NCBI GenBank assembly: GCA_963709345.1
Contig: CAVPVX010000007.1
Span: forward strand, 544,001-608,000
Length of the DNA: 64,000 nucleotides
Reading direction: 5' to 3'
From: an uncultured Actinomycetes bacterium
GTDB taxonomy: Bacteria > Actinomycetota > Thermoleophilia > UBA2241
The stretch's first letter is position 1, and each line of letters starts with the position of its first letter. A program made the translations under genes and the position numbers. The notes beneath the pieces were generated by a model, which saw nothing but the letters and a program-made list of their open reading frames with translations, searched no databases and had not been told where the DNA came from. Below are positions 49,740 through 61,262 of this stretch, piece after piece.

Positions 49740-50722
49740 CGCGCCGCTCCAGCCTGCGGGCCGTCCTCGCGCTCCTGCTCGTCTCCCTGTCGGTCACAGC
49801 CCTTCTCGTGGCGGCCGGCTGCGGCAAGGACAAGACGTCGGCGGAGACGGGCTCACTCGCGGTCTTCGCCACGGGCACGGTCCTCGCCGACGTCGCGCAG
49901 AACGTGGCCGGGGACCGCTTCACGGTCGAGTCGCTCGTCCCTCGCGACGCCGACATGCACGCCTACGAGCCCACCACCCGCGACCTCGCGCGCGTCAGCG
50001 AAGCCGATCTCTTCATCCTGAACGGCGGCGGCCTCGAACAGACGCTTGAGCCTACCTTGCGGAGCGTCGCCCCCGACACCACGTTCGTCGTGGCTGCCGA
50101 AGGACTGCCGCCGAGGACGCCGCAACCCAGCGAACCGCTTCGCGATCACGAGGGCGAGGACGCCGGCCACGAAGACGAGCATGCACACGAGACCGACCCG
50201 CACTTCTGGCTCGACCCGATGCGCGTGGTCAAGTACGTTGAGAACATCCGCGACGCGTACTCCGAGGCCGACCCGGGCGGCGCCGAGCAGTACCGCGCGA
50301 ATGCCGTGGCCTACATCGCCGAGCTGGAAGGCCTCGACGCCTGGATAGAGAATGAAGTGGCCACCCTGCCCGAGGAACGGCGCGTACTGATCATGAACCA
50401 CGTGAGCCACGGCTACTTCGCCGACCGCTACGGATTCCGCATCGCCGGGGCCGTCATCCCCAGCGTGTCGACCGGCGCGTCACCGACGGCCAAGCAACTC
50501 GCCGTACTGACCACGACGATTCGCGAGCAGGGCGTGCCGGTCATCTTCGTCCAGGGTATCGAGAACCCGCAGCTCGCGGAGCAGATCGCCGCCGAGACCG
50601 GCATCACCGTGGTCGACGACCTGCGCGCCGGCTCGCTGACCGAGGCGGACGGCGACGCGCCGACCTACATCGACATGATGAAGGTCGACGCCCGGAAGAT
50701 CGTCTCGGCGCTGCGGCAGTAG
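49736..50722 (+). CDS. znuA: Zn/Mn ABC transporter lipoprotein
   Basis: Lipobox AAGC, DMHAYEPT, His/Glu-rich loop and DPHFWLDP. Confidence 0.88.
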   Translation: MTRRSSLRAVLALLLVSLSVTALLVAAGCGKDKTSAETGSLAVFATGTVLADVAQNVAGDRFTVESLVPRDADMHAYEPTTRDLARVSEADLFILNGGGLEQTLEPTLRSVAPDTTFVVAAEGLPPRTPQPSEPLRDHEGEDAGHEDEHAHETDPHFWLDPMRVVKYVENIRDAYSEADPGGAEQYRANAVAYIAELEGLDAWIENEVATLPEERRVLIMNHVSHGYFADRYGFRIAGAVIPSVSTGASPTAKQLAVLTTTIREQGVPVIFVQGIENPQLAEQIAAETGITVVDDLRAGSLTEADGDAPTYIDMMKVDARKIVSALRQ

Positions 50723-50730
50723 AGGCTCCC

Positions 50731-51550
50731 TTGTCCGAGCCGTACCTGGCCATCGACGACGCGACCGCCGGCTATGACGGGCGCCCGGCTCTGTCCGGCG
50801 TGACGATGCACGTCCCCCACGGCGCACAGGTGGCGATCGTCGGCCCGAACGGCGCCGGCAAGTCCACCCTCTTCAAGGCCCTGGTCGGTTTGCTCCCTCT
50901 GCGCTCCGGGCGAATACTCGCTTCACGGCCGGCAACCCGGCGGCCAGACGGATCCCATCGCCTACGTGCCGCAGCGCGAGGAGATCGACTGGGGCTTCCC
51001 AGTGACGGTGCACGACGTCGTCATGATGGGTCGGTACGGTCGTCTGGGATGGTTCTCGCGGCCGCGGACGGCCGACCGCGAGGTGGTCGGGCGCTGCCTG
51101 GACGAGCTCGGCATCGCCGAGCTCGCGGGGCGCGCCATCGGCGAGCTGTCCGGCGGCCAGCAGCAGCGCGTGTTCCTGGCGCGAGCGCTCGCGCAGGAGC
51201 CGCACGTCCTGTTGCTCGACGAACCCTTCACCGGGGTGGACGTCGGCGCCCGCGAGGCGCTCCTCGACCTGCTCGCCAAGCTGCACGGGCAACAGATCAC
51301 CGTGCTCGTCAGCACCCACGATATGGACATCGCCGCGCGGCGCTTCGAGCTGGTCGCGCTCCTGAACGGCCGGCTGGTCGCCTACGGCGCGCCGGCCGAG
51401 GTCTTCACCCCAGAGCACCTGACCGAGGCCTTTGGCGGCCAGGCTCTCTTCCTCGACGGCATGGTCGTGATCGACCAGTGCTGTCCCGGCCACGTCGGCG
51501 ACGGCGAAGCCCACCGCCACAGTCACGAGCCGCACGCGGGGCCGCGATGA
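50731..51550 (+). pseudogene. znuC: Zn/Mn ABC ATPase with a +1 frameshift near 50919
   Basis: Walker A GPNGAGKST is in one frame; LHGRQ..IAYVPQRE, LSGGQQQR and LLDEP are in the next. Extra base in ATACTCGCTTCAC. Confidence 0.8.
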
Positions 51551-52398
51551 TCACCTGGCTCACCGAGCCGTTCGCGCTCGAGTTCATGCAGCGTGCCCTG
51601 GCCGCATCGCTGATCGTCGGCGTGCTGTGCTCGGTGATCGGCTGCTTCGTCGTCCTGCGCTCCATGGCTTTTCTCGGCGACGCGCTCGCACACGCGATCC
51701 TGCCCGGCGTCGCGATCGCCTACCTGCTCGGCGCGAACCTGCTGCTCGGGGCGCTCGTCGCGGCCGTCCTCGTGGCGCTGGGGATCGGCCTCTTCTCGCG
51801 CCGCGGCGGCATGAAGGAGGACACGGCGATCGGAATCCTCTTCGCGGCCGCCCTCGCCCTCGGCGTCGTGCTCATCAGCACCGTGCGCTCCTATGCCACC
51901 GACCTCACGCACATCCTCTTCGGCAACGTCCTCGGCGTCACAGCCGGCGACCTCTGGCTCACCGGCCTGCTGGCGCTCGTCGTACTGGCCGTGCTGCTGC
52001 TCTTCTTCAAGGAGTTCCAGCTCGCGTCCTTCGACCCCGTGCTCGCCCACATGCTCGGCAAGCGCCCCGAGACGCTGCGCTTCGTGATGCTGATCCTGCT
52101 GGCGCTGACCATCGTGGTGGGGCTGCAGACCGTGGGCGTCGGCCTGGTCGCCGCCATGCTGGTCACTCCCGCGGCGACCGCCTACCTGCTCACCCGGCGG
52201 CTGGCGACGATGATGCTGGTCTCGGCCGTCATCGGCGCCGCGGCGAGCGTCACCGGCCTCTACGTGAGCTACTACATCGACGTCGCCTCCGGGGCGGCGG
52301 TCGTGCTCGCCGCCACCGCCGCCTTCCTCGTCGCCTACGTCGCCGCGCCGCGGCGAGGGCTCATCGCCCGGCGGACGGCGCGGCGGCGGCCCGCGTAG
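51547..52398 (+). CDS. znuB: Zn/Mn ABC permease
   Basis: [24 protein letters not shown] and SFDP. Confidence 0.9.
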   Translation: MITWLTEPFALEFMQRALAASLIVGVLCSVIGCFVVLRSMAFLGDALAHAILPGVAIAYLLGANLLLGALVAAVLVALGIGLFSRRGGMKEDTAIGILFAAALALGVVLISTVRSYATDLTHILFGNVLGVTAGDLWLTGLLALVVLAVLLLFFKEFQLASFDPVLAHMLGKRPETLRFVMLILLALTIVVGLQTVGVGLVAAMLVTPAATAYLLTRRLATMMLVSAVIGAAASVTGLYVSYYIDVASGAAVVLAATAAFLVAYVAAPRRGLIARRTARRRPA

Positions 52399-52518
52399 CG
52401 CCCCCCGCGAGACCGGAGTGAGGCCGCCCTTCGGCTGCCGGCGGAGCGTCTCCGCCGTTTCGCCGCGCCCGCCGGCGTGCATAGTGCCTTCAGGACCCCC
52501 ACACGAGGAGGATTCGAC

Positions 52519-52986
52519 ATGCCCACCACGCTCGTCCTGGGTTACGACGGTTCAGACTGCGCCAAGAACGCACTGGAGCACACCGCGGCGCTCGCGGCGC
52601 ACATCGACGACGTCGAGGTGCTCGTCGTGTACGCCTTCGAGTTCTCCGTCGGCTACGTCCCGATGGGCATGGCGGACTCTCCACTCCTGATGAGCGCCGA
52701 GTACGACAACCACGTCCAACTCATCCGCGAGTTCGGCGAGCAGCAGGTCGCGGAGGCCACCGCGCAGCTCACCGCGGCGGGCGTGCGGACGACCGGCGCC
52801 GTGACGGAGGGCCGGTCGGTCGACGTCCTGCTGGAGACCGCCCGGGAGAAGAGCGCAACCGCGATCGTCGTCGGCAGCCACGGACAGGGCGCCGTCTCGG
52901 CCGCCTTCCTCGGCTCGACGGCGCTCAAGCTGTTGCACCACAGCGACACCCCCGTCCTCGTCGTCCCCCAGCACGAGAAGAAGTGA
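52519..52986 (+). CDS. Universal stress protein
   Basis: LVLGYDGS and IVVGSHG....FLGSTA.KLLH...PVLVVP; SD GAGGAGG. Confidence 0.9.
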   Translation: MPTTLVLGYDGSDCAKNALEHTAALAAHIDDVEVLVVYAFEFSVGYVPMGMADSPLLMSAEYDNHVQLIREFGEQQVAEATAQLTAAGVRTTGAVTEGRSVDVLLETAREKSATAIVVGSHGQGAVSAAFLGSTALKLLHHSDTPVLVVPQHEKK

Positions 52987-53056
52987 CGGCGACCCGCGAC
53001 CCGGCGGCGGCGGCCGGCGGCGTCACGCGACGCGACACGCATCCGAGGGAGGTGCG

Positions 53057-53434
53057 GTGAGCCCCTGGCAGAGACCGAATGAGACGCTGGTCGAGCTCCT
53101 GAGCGAGATCGTCGCCGGCATCGAGTTCGAGCAGCCGACCGGGCACCGGCTGATGTTCGGCTGCCCCTCGTACTTCACCGGCGGAAACATGTTCGCCGGC
53201 GTCTGGCAGGACACGGTGATGCTGCGCCTGCCCGAGGACGATCGGGCCGCCGTCGTCGCGGCCGGCGGCCACCCGTTCGAGCCGATGCCGGGCCGGGTCA
53301 TGAAGCAGTACGTGAGCCTGCCCGCTGCTCTGGCCGGGGACCGCGCGACCACGGCCGCCTGGGTGCGGAAGGCGGCGGCATACGCCGCAAGCCTGCCGCC
53401 CAAAGAGAAGTCGCGGCGAACGAAGAAGCGGTAG
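53057..53434 (+). CDS. TfoX/Sxy N-terminal domain protein
   Basis: MFGCPSYF.GGNMFAG, FEPMPGRVMKQY and LPPKEK. Confidence 0.85.
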   Translation: MSPWQRPNETLVELLSEIVAGIEFEQPTGHRLMFGCPSYFTGGNMFAGVWQDTVMLRLPEDDRAAVVAAGGHPFEPMPGRVMKQYVSLPAALAGDRATTAAWVRKAAAYAASLPPKEKSRRTKKR

Positions 53435-53470
53435 GCGCGGGCGCCGGGTTCTTCCGGCTCCCGCGCTTTC
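53435..53470. terminator. Hairpin between convergent genes
   Basis: GCGCGGGcGCCGG-gttctt-CCGGCtCCCGCGC followed by TTT. Confidence 0.45.
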
Positions 53471-53477
53471 CGCAAGG

Positions 53478-54398
53478 TCAGCGCCTCTGCTGCGACTGCC
53501 CCGGCGTCGGGTTGGGCTGCGTCGGCTTGGCGGGGATTGGAGCGATGCCCGCCAGGTCGCCGATCACGTTGACGAGGCTGCCGTCGGCCGGCACGACGAT
53601 CTTGGCGTTCTGCCAGAAGGCCTTCTCGACCGTCTCGAGCTTGCGCAGCACCTGGGCGTTGCCCACGAAGAACTGCTCGGCCGCCTCGTTGACCAGCTTG
53701 ATCGCCTGGGCCTCGCCCTCAGCTGCGAGGATCTTGCCCTGCCGCACGCCCTCCGCCTTCTTGATCTCGGCGCGGCGCTGGCCGTCGGCCTGCGTCTCGG
53801 TGGCGGTGGCATAGTCGATCGCGGAGATCTTCTCGTTCTCGGCCTTGACGACCTTGTTCATCGTCTCCTGGACGTCCGCCGGCGGGTCGATCTCCTTGAG
53901 CTCGGTGCGCAGGATCTCGAGGCCCCAGTTCGCGGTCTCGGTGCGGAGCGTCGTGCGCAGCTCCTCGTTGATGCGGCCGCGCTCGCTGTTCGCCGACTTG
54001 AGACTCAAGGTGCCGATGATGTTACGCAGCGTGGTGCGCGCGAGCTGCACGATCTGGATCTGGTAGTTGGCCACGTTGTACTGCGAGGCCTTCACGCTCT
54101 CTTCGTCGAGCTTCACCTTGAGATAGACCTGCGCGTCGACCCGGGCGTTCAGGTTGTCGTTGGTGATGATCGTCTGCGGCGTGGCGTCGACGAGGGTCTC
54201 GCGGATGTCGACCTGGTACATCTTCTCTATGCCGTACGGGATCGTGAGGTGGATCCCCGGTCCGGCGAACCGGTTGTACTTGCCGAGACGCTCGACGAGC
54301 CCACGGTGCGTGGGGCGCACGATGCGGATCCCGGACAGGATGGTGATCACGATGAAGACGACGACCACCGCGATGACGACGAGAGCTACCCAGCCCAT
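53478..54398 (-). CDS. SPFH/Band 7 domain protein
   Basis: N-terminal TM, VERLGKY, TTLRNIIG, IDPP and AEGEAQAI. Confidence 0.9.
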   Translation of the reverse strand: MGWVALVVIAVVVVFIVITILSGIRIVRPTHRGLVERLGKYNRFAGPGIHLTIPYGIEKMYQVDIRETLVDATPQTIITNDNLNARVDAQVYLKVKLDEESVKASQYNVANYQIQIVQLARTTLRNIIGTLSLKSANSERGRINEELRTTLRTETANWGLEILRTELKEIDPPADVQETMNKVVKAENEKISAIDYATATETQADGQRRAEIKKAEGVRQGKILAAEGEAQAIKLVNEAAEQFFVGNAQVLRKLETVEKAFWQNAKIVVPADGSLVNVIGDLAGIAPIPAKPTQPNPTPGQSQQRR

Positions 54399-54551
54399 AT
54401 CGACCCCTTTCGAGCGAGCGCGGGCACGGCCGGCGGCCGTCGCACTCACGATGATGTTCACAGATCATGCTAGGGCCGGGCGGGCTGAAAGACAAGGGCC
54501 GGGGCCGAGGCGGGGGCGTCGGGCAGGCACGCGACGCGCCGGGCTCCGCCC

Positions 54552-55355
54552 TCAGAGCCCGAGCAGCCCCGGCAGATCGGCGACCGAGCCGATGATGTGA
54601 TCCGGCGTGCCGCCGGCGCGGGCAAGCGCCTCCGGGCGGAACTTGCCCGTGCGCACCAGCACGCCGGTGATGCCGACGGCCTGGGCCGCAAGGACGTCGC
54701 CGCGCACGTCGTCGCCGATCATCGCGACGCGCTCGGCAGGCAGGCCGAGGTCGCGGACGGCGGCGAGAAACGCCTCGGGCGCCGGCTTGCCGAGCACGAC
54801 GGCCTCGACGCCGGCGGCGAGCTCCAGGCCGGCGAGATAGGCGCCGGCGTCGAGGTTCTCGCCGTCCGTCGTCATCCAGATGAGGTTGCGGTGCATCGCG
54901 ACCAGGCGGGCGCCGCCGTGCAGGGCGCGCAGCACGCGGTTGAAAGTGGCGAACGTGTAGGAGTCGTCGGCGCCTGACACGAGGATCACCTCCGGATCCT
55001 CGTCGACGCCGACGAGCCGGACGCCCTGCAGATCCTCGGCCTGCGCGTCTCCGAGCAAGAACACCCGTGCCCCCGGGTGTCGCTCGCGGAGGTAGGCCGC
55101 GGCCGCGACGGGCGTGGTCATGATGTGGTCGTCGGGGACCTCGAAGCCGCCGACGCGCAGGGACTCGCCCATCCGCGGCCGGCTGCGCCCCGTCGTGTTG
55201 GTGACGAGGCGCAGCGGCAGCCCGGCGGCCCTGATCCGCGCGAAGGCCGCGACGGCTCCCGGAAGCGGCCGCCACGACACGGTGAGCACGCCGTCCATGT
55301 CGAAGAGCAGGCCCTCGATATGCGCCGGCGTCATGTGCGTCGTCCTCGTCGTCAT
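54552..55355 (-). CDS. HAD subfamily IIA hydrolase
   Basis: FDMDGVL, VTNTT, GKP, MIGDD..GDV and VRTGKF. Confidence 0.9.
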   Translation of the reverse strand: MTTRTTHMTPAHIEGLLFDMDGVLTVSWRPLPGAVAAFARIRAAGLPLRLVTNTTGRSRPRMGESLRVGGFEVPDDHIMTTPVAAAAYLRERHPGARVFLLGDAQAEDLQGVRLVGVDEDPEVILVSGADDSYTFATFNRVLRALHGGARLVAMHRNLIWMTTDGENLDAGAYLAGLELAAGVEAVVLGKPAPEAFLAAVRDLGLPAERVAMIGDDVRGDVLAAQAVGITGVLVRTGKFRPEALARAGGTPDHIIGSVADLPGLLGL

Positions 55356-55446
55356 GCGCGTCGTCCCTTCTCCGCGAGTCCACCCCGCATGCCGGCGCCG
55401 TCCGAACGGCGCCCGCCGAGATGGCGGCACGGCAGCAGGGTCACAG

Positions 55447-55536
55447 TGGTGCCGGAGCCGGGACTCGAACCCGGACGCCGCACATGGCGACAGAGGATTT
55501 TAAGTCCCCGGCGTCTACCAGTTCCGCCACTCCGGC
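55447..55536 (-). tRNA. tRNA-Leu (anticodon UAA), CCA encoded
   Basis: GCCGGAG acceptor stem, D-loop CTGGTAGAC, anticodon loop CTTAAAA, long variable arm and GTTCGAGTC; -10 TATACT at 55550-55545. Confidence 0.96.
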
Positions 55537-55899
55537 ACGGCAGCAGTATATGACGAGGCGAAGAGCGCGGCGGAGCGGTCGGCTGGACGGGGCAGGCTCA
55601 AGGATGAGAACCGGGACCGGGAGCGAGGTCGCGCCGGCGGCCGGCGCCGCATGCGAAGGCGGGAGCGGCTCCGGCTCAGCCGGTGGCCGGGCCGAGCGCC
55701 CCGGTCACTATGAGCCAGGCGGCGAAGACGAAGAGCGGCGTGCGACGGTGCGAGCCGCGAGACGACGAACGCACACAAGCGACCTCCGGGGAGTGCACGG
55801 ACCCTTGCACCCGACGGTACTGACGCCGCGCGCGGTGGTCAACCCGGACGCCCGGTGACCGGCGACACCGTCGGGCGCGCTGCTGCCGCGTCGCGCGAA

Positions 55900-56886
55900 T
55901 CAGGCGGCCGGCCCGAGCGCACCTTCGGCGAGCGCGAGGGCGGCGCCCTCGAGGATGTCGGCCTCGCTGACGCAAACGGCGTCGAGCCCGAAGGCGGCGC
56001 ATGCTTCGCGCGCGATGAGCGCGCCGGCCAGGATGACATCCTCGCGGCCGGGCTGGATTCCCGGCAGCCGGCCGCGCTCGGCGCTGGTGAAGCGGGCGAA
56101 CAGCGCCACGGCCGCCTCGATGTCGGCGAGCGTGAGCACGTGGCCCTGGACGAGCTGGGCGTCGTACTCGCGCATGCCCAGCTTGTGGGCGACCAGCGTC
56201 GTGTAGGTGCCGGCCACGCCGACCGCGCCGCCGACGGCGGCGCGCAGGTCGGCCGGCACGCCGCGGGCGACGGCGGCGGCGACGTGGCCCGACAGGGCCG
56301 CGACCTCCGTGGTGGTCGGCGGGTCGGCACCGAAGAACCGCTCGGTGAGGCGCACGACGCCGACATCGAGACTGCGCACGAACGCCGGCGCTCGCCCGGC
56401 CAAGCCGATCGCGAACTCGGTGCTGCCGCCGCCGATGTCGACGAGCAGCAGGGGATCGGGAACGGCGTCGGATCCCCCGCCCGACCCGGCGCCCGGGACG
56501 CCGGCAGGCGCGGCGAGCCACGATGTTCCGCCGCGGAAGGCGAGGGCTCCCTCCTCCTCCCCGCTGACGACCCGCCACGGCAACGCGAAGTCACGCTCGA
56601 GGGCTTCCAGGAACTCACGCCCGTCGGCGGCGTCGCGGAGGACGCTGGTGGCGACCAGCAGGCGCCGCGCCGGGCCGTAGGCCTCGAGGCGTGGCGCATA
56701 GCCCGCGATGCAGGCCCGCGTGCGGGCCACGGCGTCGGGGTGGAGCCGGCCCGTGCGGTCCACGCCCTGCCCCAGGCGGACAACGGTCGTGACTCGGGCG
56801 GTGGGCCGTACGGCGGCGACCTCGTCCACCTCGGCGAGAAACAGCCGGCAGGTGTTCGTGCCCAGGTCGACGACCGCGACCTTCAC
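55900..56886 (-). CDS. ppx: Ppx/GppA exopolyphosphatase
   Basis: VVDLGTN, VRLGQGVD, ATSVLRDA and DIGGGSTE. Confidence 0.92.
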   Translation of the reverse strand: MKVAVVDLGTNTCRLFLAEVDEVAAVRPTARVTTVVRLGQGVDRTGRLHPDAVARTRACIAGYAPRLEAYGPARRLLVATSVLRDAADGREFLEALERDFALPWRVVSGEEEGALAFRGGTSWLAAPAGVPGAGSGGGSDAVPDPLLLVDIGGGSTEFAIGLAGRAPAFVRSLDVGVVRLTERFFGADPPTTTEVAALSGHVAAAVARGVPADLRAAVGGAVGVAGTYTTLVAHKLGMREYDAQLVQGHVLTLADIEAAVALFARFTSAERGRLPGIQPGREDVILAGALIAREACAAFGLDAVCVSEADILEGAALALAEGALGPAA

Positions 56887-57431
56887 GCGACGCCGTCCGG
56901 CAGCCGGGCGGCGCACCGCCGGTCGTCGCACCACAGGGCGTCCAGCTCGGCTATCACGGCCTCGCCGAAGAGGTAGCCGGGGCTCGCGAGAGCGTGTGCG
57001 ACGTGCGCGTGCAGGCACTTGACGGCGCGCACGTCGCGCACCCCTCCCACCCCGGTCTCGAGCGAGGCTCCACCGTCGAGCATCAGTCGTGGGTACAGAC
57101 CCACGAGCTCCCGGCGGCGAGCCGTCTCGGCCGTGGCCGCACCGAGGACGGAGTGCGTGAGCGCGGCGTCTGCCGCGAGGCGCCTCGTCCAGGCTGTGAC
57201 GCCGCCGGCGCTCTCGAGCCGCGCCACCTCGACGACGAGCGTCGGGCAGGTGCAGTAGTACAGGGTCGGGAAGGGTCGCCCCTCGAGATCGTACGGCAGA
57301 TCCTCGACGACGGCGGGGAACCCGAAGGGGCACCGCGCGGCGACGGCGCTCATGGCCTGTGGCCGGCGTCCGAGCTGGCCGGCGACGACCGCAAGGTCGC
57401 CGCCGGAGACGAGCCCGGGCGCAGCGCTCAC
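56883..57431 (-). CDS. DUF501 protein (Rv1025-like)
   Basis: QLGR.P, PFPTLYY.TCP and VKCLHAHVAH; conserved position between divIC and ppx. Start approximate. Confidence 0.88.
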   Translation of the reverse strand: MSAAPGLVSGGDLAVVAGQLGRRPQAMSAVAARCPFGFPAVVEDLPYDLEGRPFPTLYYCTCPTLVVEVARLESAGGVTAWTRRLAADAALTHSVLGAATAETARRRELVGLYPRLMLDGGASLETGVGGVRDVRAVKCLHAHVAHALASPGYLFGEAVIAELDALWCDDRRCAARLPDGVA

Positions 57432-57438
57432 GGGCGCC

Positions 57439-57888
57439 TCAGCGACGCAGCGTACGCCACAGGTCCTCGATGCGGTCGAGGACGGAGATGGAGCTCTCGG
57501 TGGGCACGGTGGCGAGGATCTCGGCGTCGGCATCACTGCCCGGCAGCCCCTTGACGACGAACACCTGGGTGCCGGGCGGGACGAGCATGGAGTCGGTGCG
57601 CGCACGCTGGGCGATGTACGCCTTGGTGGTCAGAAGCTCCACCTGCCGCGCGAGCGCCGCATTGTCGGTGCGCGCCGCCTCGAGCGAGGCCGAAGCCTTC
57701 TGATACCGGTCCTGCTGCGCGAAGAAGTCGCGCAGCGGCGCGACGTAGAGGGCTGCGGCGATGAGGATGAGCGCCAGCGCGGCGAGGCGCCCCAGGCGCA
57801 GCTGCGGCGCAGTACCGCGACGCGCACCGGGAGGCGCACGTCGTCCCCGCTTCACTCCGGAGGACCCGGCTGTGGTCGCGTGCGCCAC
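57439..57888 (-). CDS. divIC: Septum formation initiator FtsB/DivIC
   Basis: Single TM, coiled coil and YIAQRAR....V.PG. Confidence 0.8.
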   Translation of the reverse strand: MAHATTAGSSGVKRGRRAPPGARRGTAPQLRLGRLAALALILIAAALYVAPLRDFFAQQDRYQKASASLEAARTDNAALARQVELLTTKAYIAQRARTDSMLVPPGTQVFVVKGLPGSDADAEILATVPTESSISVLDRIEDLWRTLRR

Positions 57889-58014
57889 GCTGTCTCGCTC
57901 CCTGCTCGCCGCTGCCGGCCGCCCGCGTTCCGCAGGCCGGCCGCTTCCCACCCATAGGATTCGCGACCCCCGGCGCGACTCCCTGCCCGCGTGCCGTGAC
58001 GGCGAGAGAAGCGC

Positions 58015-58806
58015 CTACTTCGGCAGCTGCTCGAGACTCGCTTCGGCCTGCTGGCCGGCCTCCGACGCCGGGTCGATGGCAGCGGCGCGCGTGAAGGCGG
58101 TGCGTGCCTGGTCGAAGAGCTTCTGCGCCTGCTTCTCGTCACCCTCCTGCTCGGCGAGACGCGCCCCATGACTCAGGAAGACGGCCTTGTTGAGCCAGGC
58201 CTTCTGGAAGTCGGGGTTCGCCTCGATGACCACGTCGATGCGCTCGAGCGCGCCGGGGATGTCGCCGCTGTAGAAGAGCGCGACGCTGTAGTCGGTGCCG
58301 AGCGCCGGGTCGCCCGGCTGTTTCTTCCACGCCGCCGCGTACACCTCGGCCGCAGCCGAGAAGAACGCGCTGCCCTGCTCGAAGTCCTGATTGCGGAACG
58401 CGGCGCCACCCTGATCGTAGAGGCCGTCGCCCCGATCGACGAGCTCGCGGTAGCTCCCGCTCGTGTCGGCGGTCACGGCCGTCGCCTCCGCCGGACTCTC
58501 CGCCATGCCCCCACCGTCGCCGGAGGAGTCGCCGCCGAAGCCCCCGGAGGCCATGACGACGATGATGACGATGACTGCGAGAGCGCCGAAGCCGCCCCAG
58601 ATGACCGCCGGCGAGAGACGGCCGGACGGCTCGTTCGAGGCAGCCGGCGTCGCCGCGCCGCCCTTGTCGCCGGACCGGCCGGCCTTGCCGCCCTGCCGTA
58701 CGGTCGATCTGTCGCGCAAGGCGCTCTTCACGCCGCTCAGGTCCGCCCCGCACTCGGAGCAGAACTTGGCGTCGCCGGCGTCGTTTCCGCATTCGGGACA
58801 GTACAT
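58015..58806 (-). CDS. Zinc-ribbon/TM/TPR protein
   Basis: MYCPECG..FCSECG, one TM and TPR-like helices. Confidence 0.8.
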   Translation of the reverse strand: MYCPECGNDAGDAKFCSECGADLSGVKSALRDRSTVRQGGKAGRSGDKGGAATPAASNEPSGRLSPAVIWGGFGALAVIVIIVVMASGGFGGDSSGDGGGMAESPAEATAVTADTSGSYRELVDRGDGLYDQGGAAFRNQDFEQGSAFFSAAAEVYAAAWKKQPGDPALGTDYSVALFYSGDIPGALERIDVVIEANPDFQKAWLNKAVFLSHGARLAEQEGDEKQAQKLFDQARTAFTRAAAIDPASEAGQQAEASLEQLPK

Positions 58807-58953
58807 GCTCGCGATTCCTCCGCGTCGTCCGATGGGCCTTCCGGCAGGGTCGCCACCCTGCGACCCGCATCCTCCTGCCCGGAGCAGGCGCCGCGGGGAC
58901 GCCCTCAGTGGTAGGCTCGGCGGCGAGCCGTCGCCGATGTGTGAAGGGATACT

Positions 58954-61134
<2,181 letters not shown>

Positions 61135-61163
61135 TCACAGACTCCGACAAGAGGACGGAGCTC

Positions 61164-61247
61164 ATGCCCGACATCGAGGAAGAACTGATGACGTGTCCCG
61201 AATGCGGCGGGCTCGACATCGAGCTCGTCGAGGCGCCGGCGGCCTGA
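61164..61247 (+). CDS. Unannotated 27-aa CPxCG peptide MPDIEEELMTCPECGGLDIELVEAPAA
   Basis: SD-like GAGGACGGAG; GC-rich third codon positions; fits wholly within the eno-mazG gap. Confidence 0.55.
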   Translation: MPDIEEELMTCPECGGLDIELVEAPAA

Positions 61248-61262
61248 GGCCGGCCGCCGGCC

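Noticed and set aside
55400-55536. tRNA-anchored genomic island
   Set aside because: No integrase, no duplicated tRNA 3' end seen, and no compositional shift.
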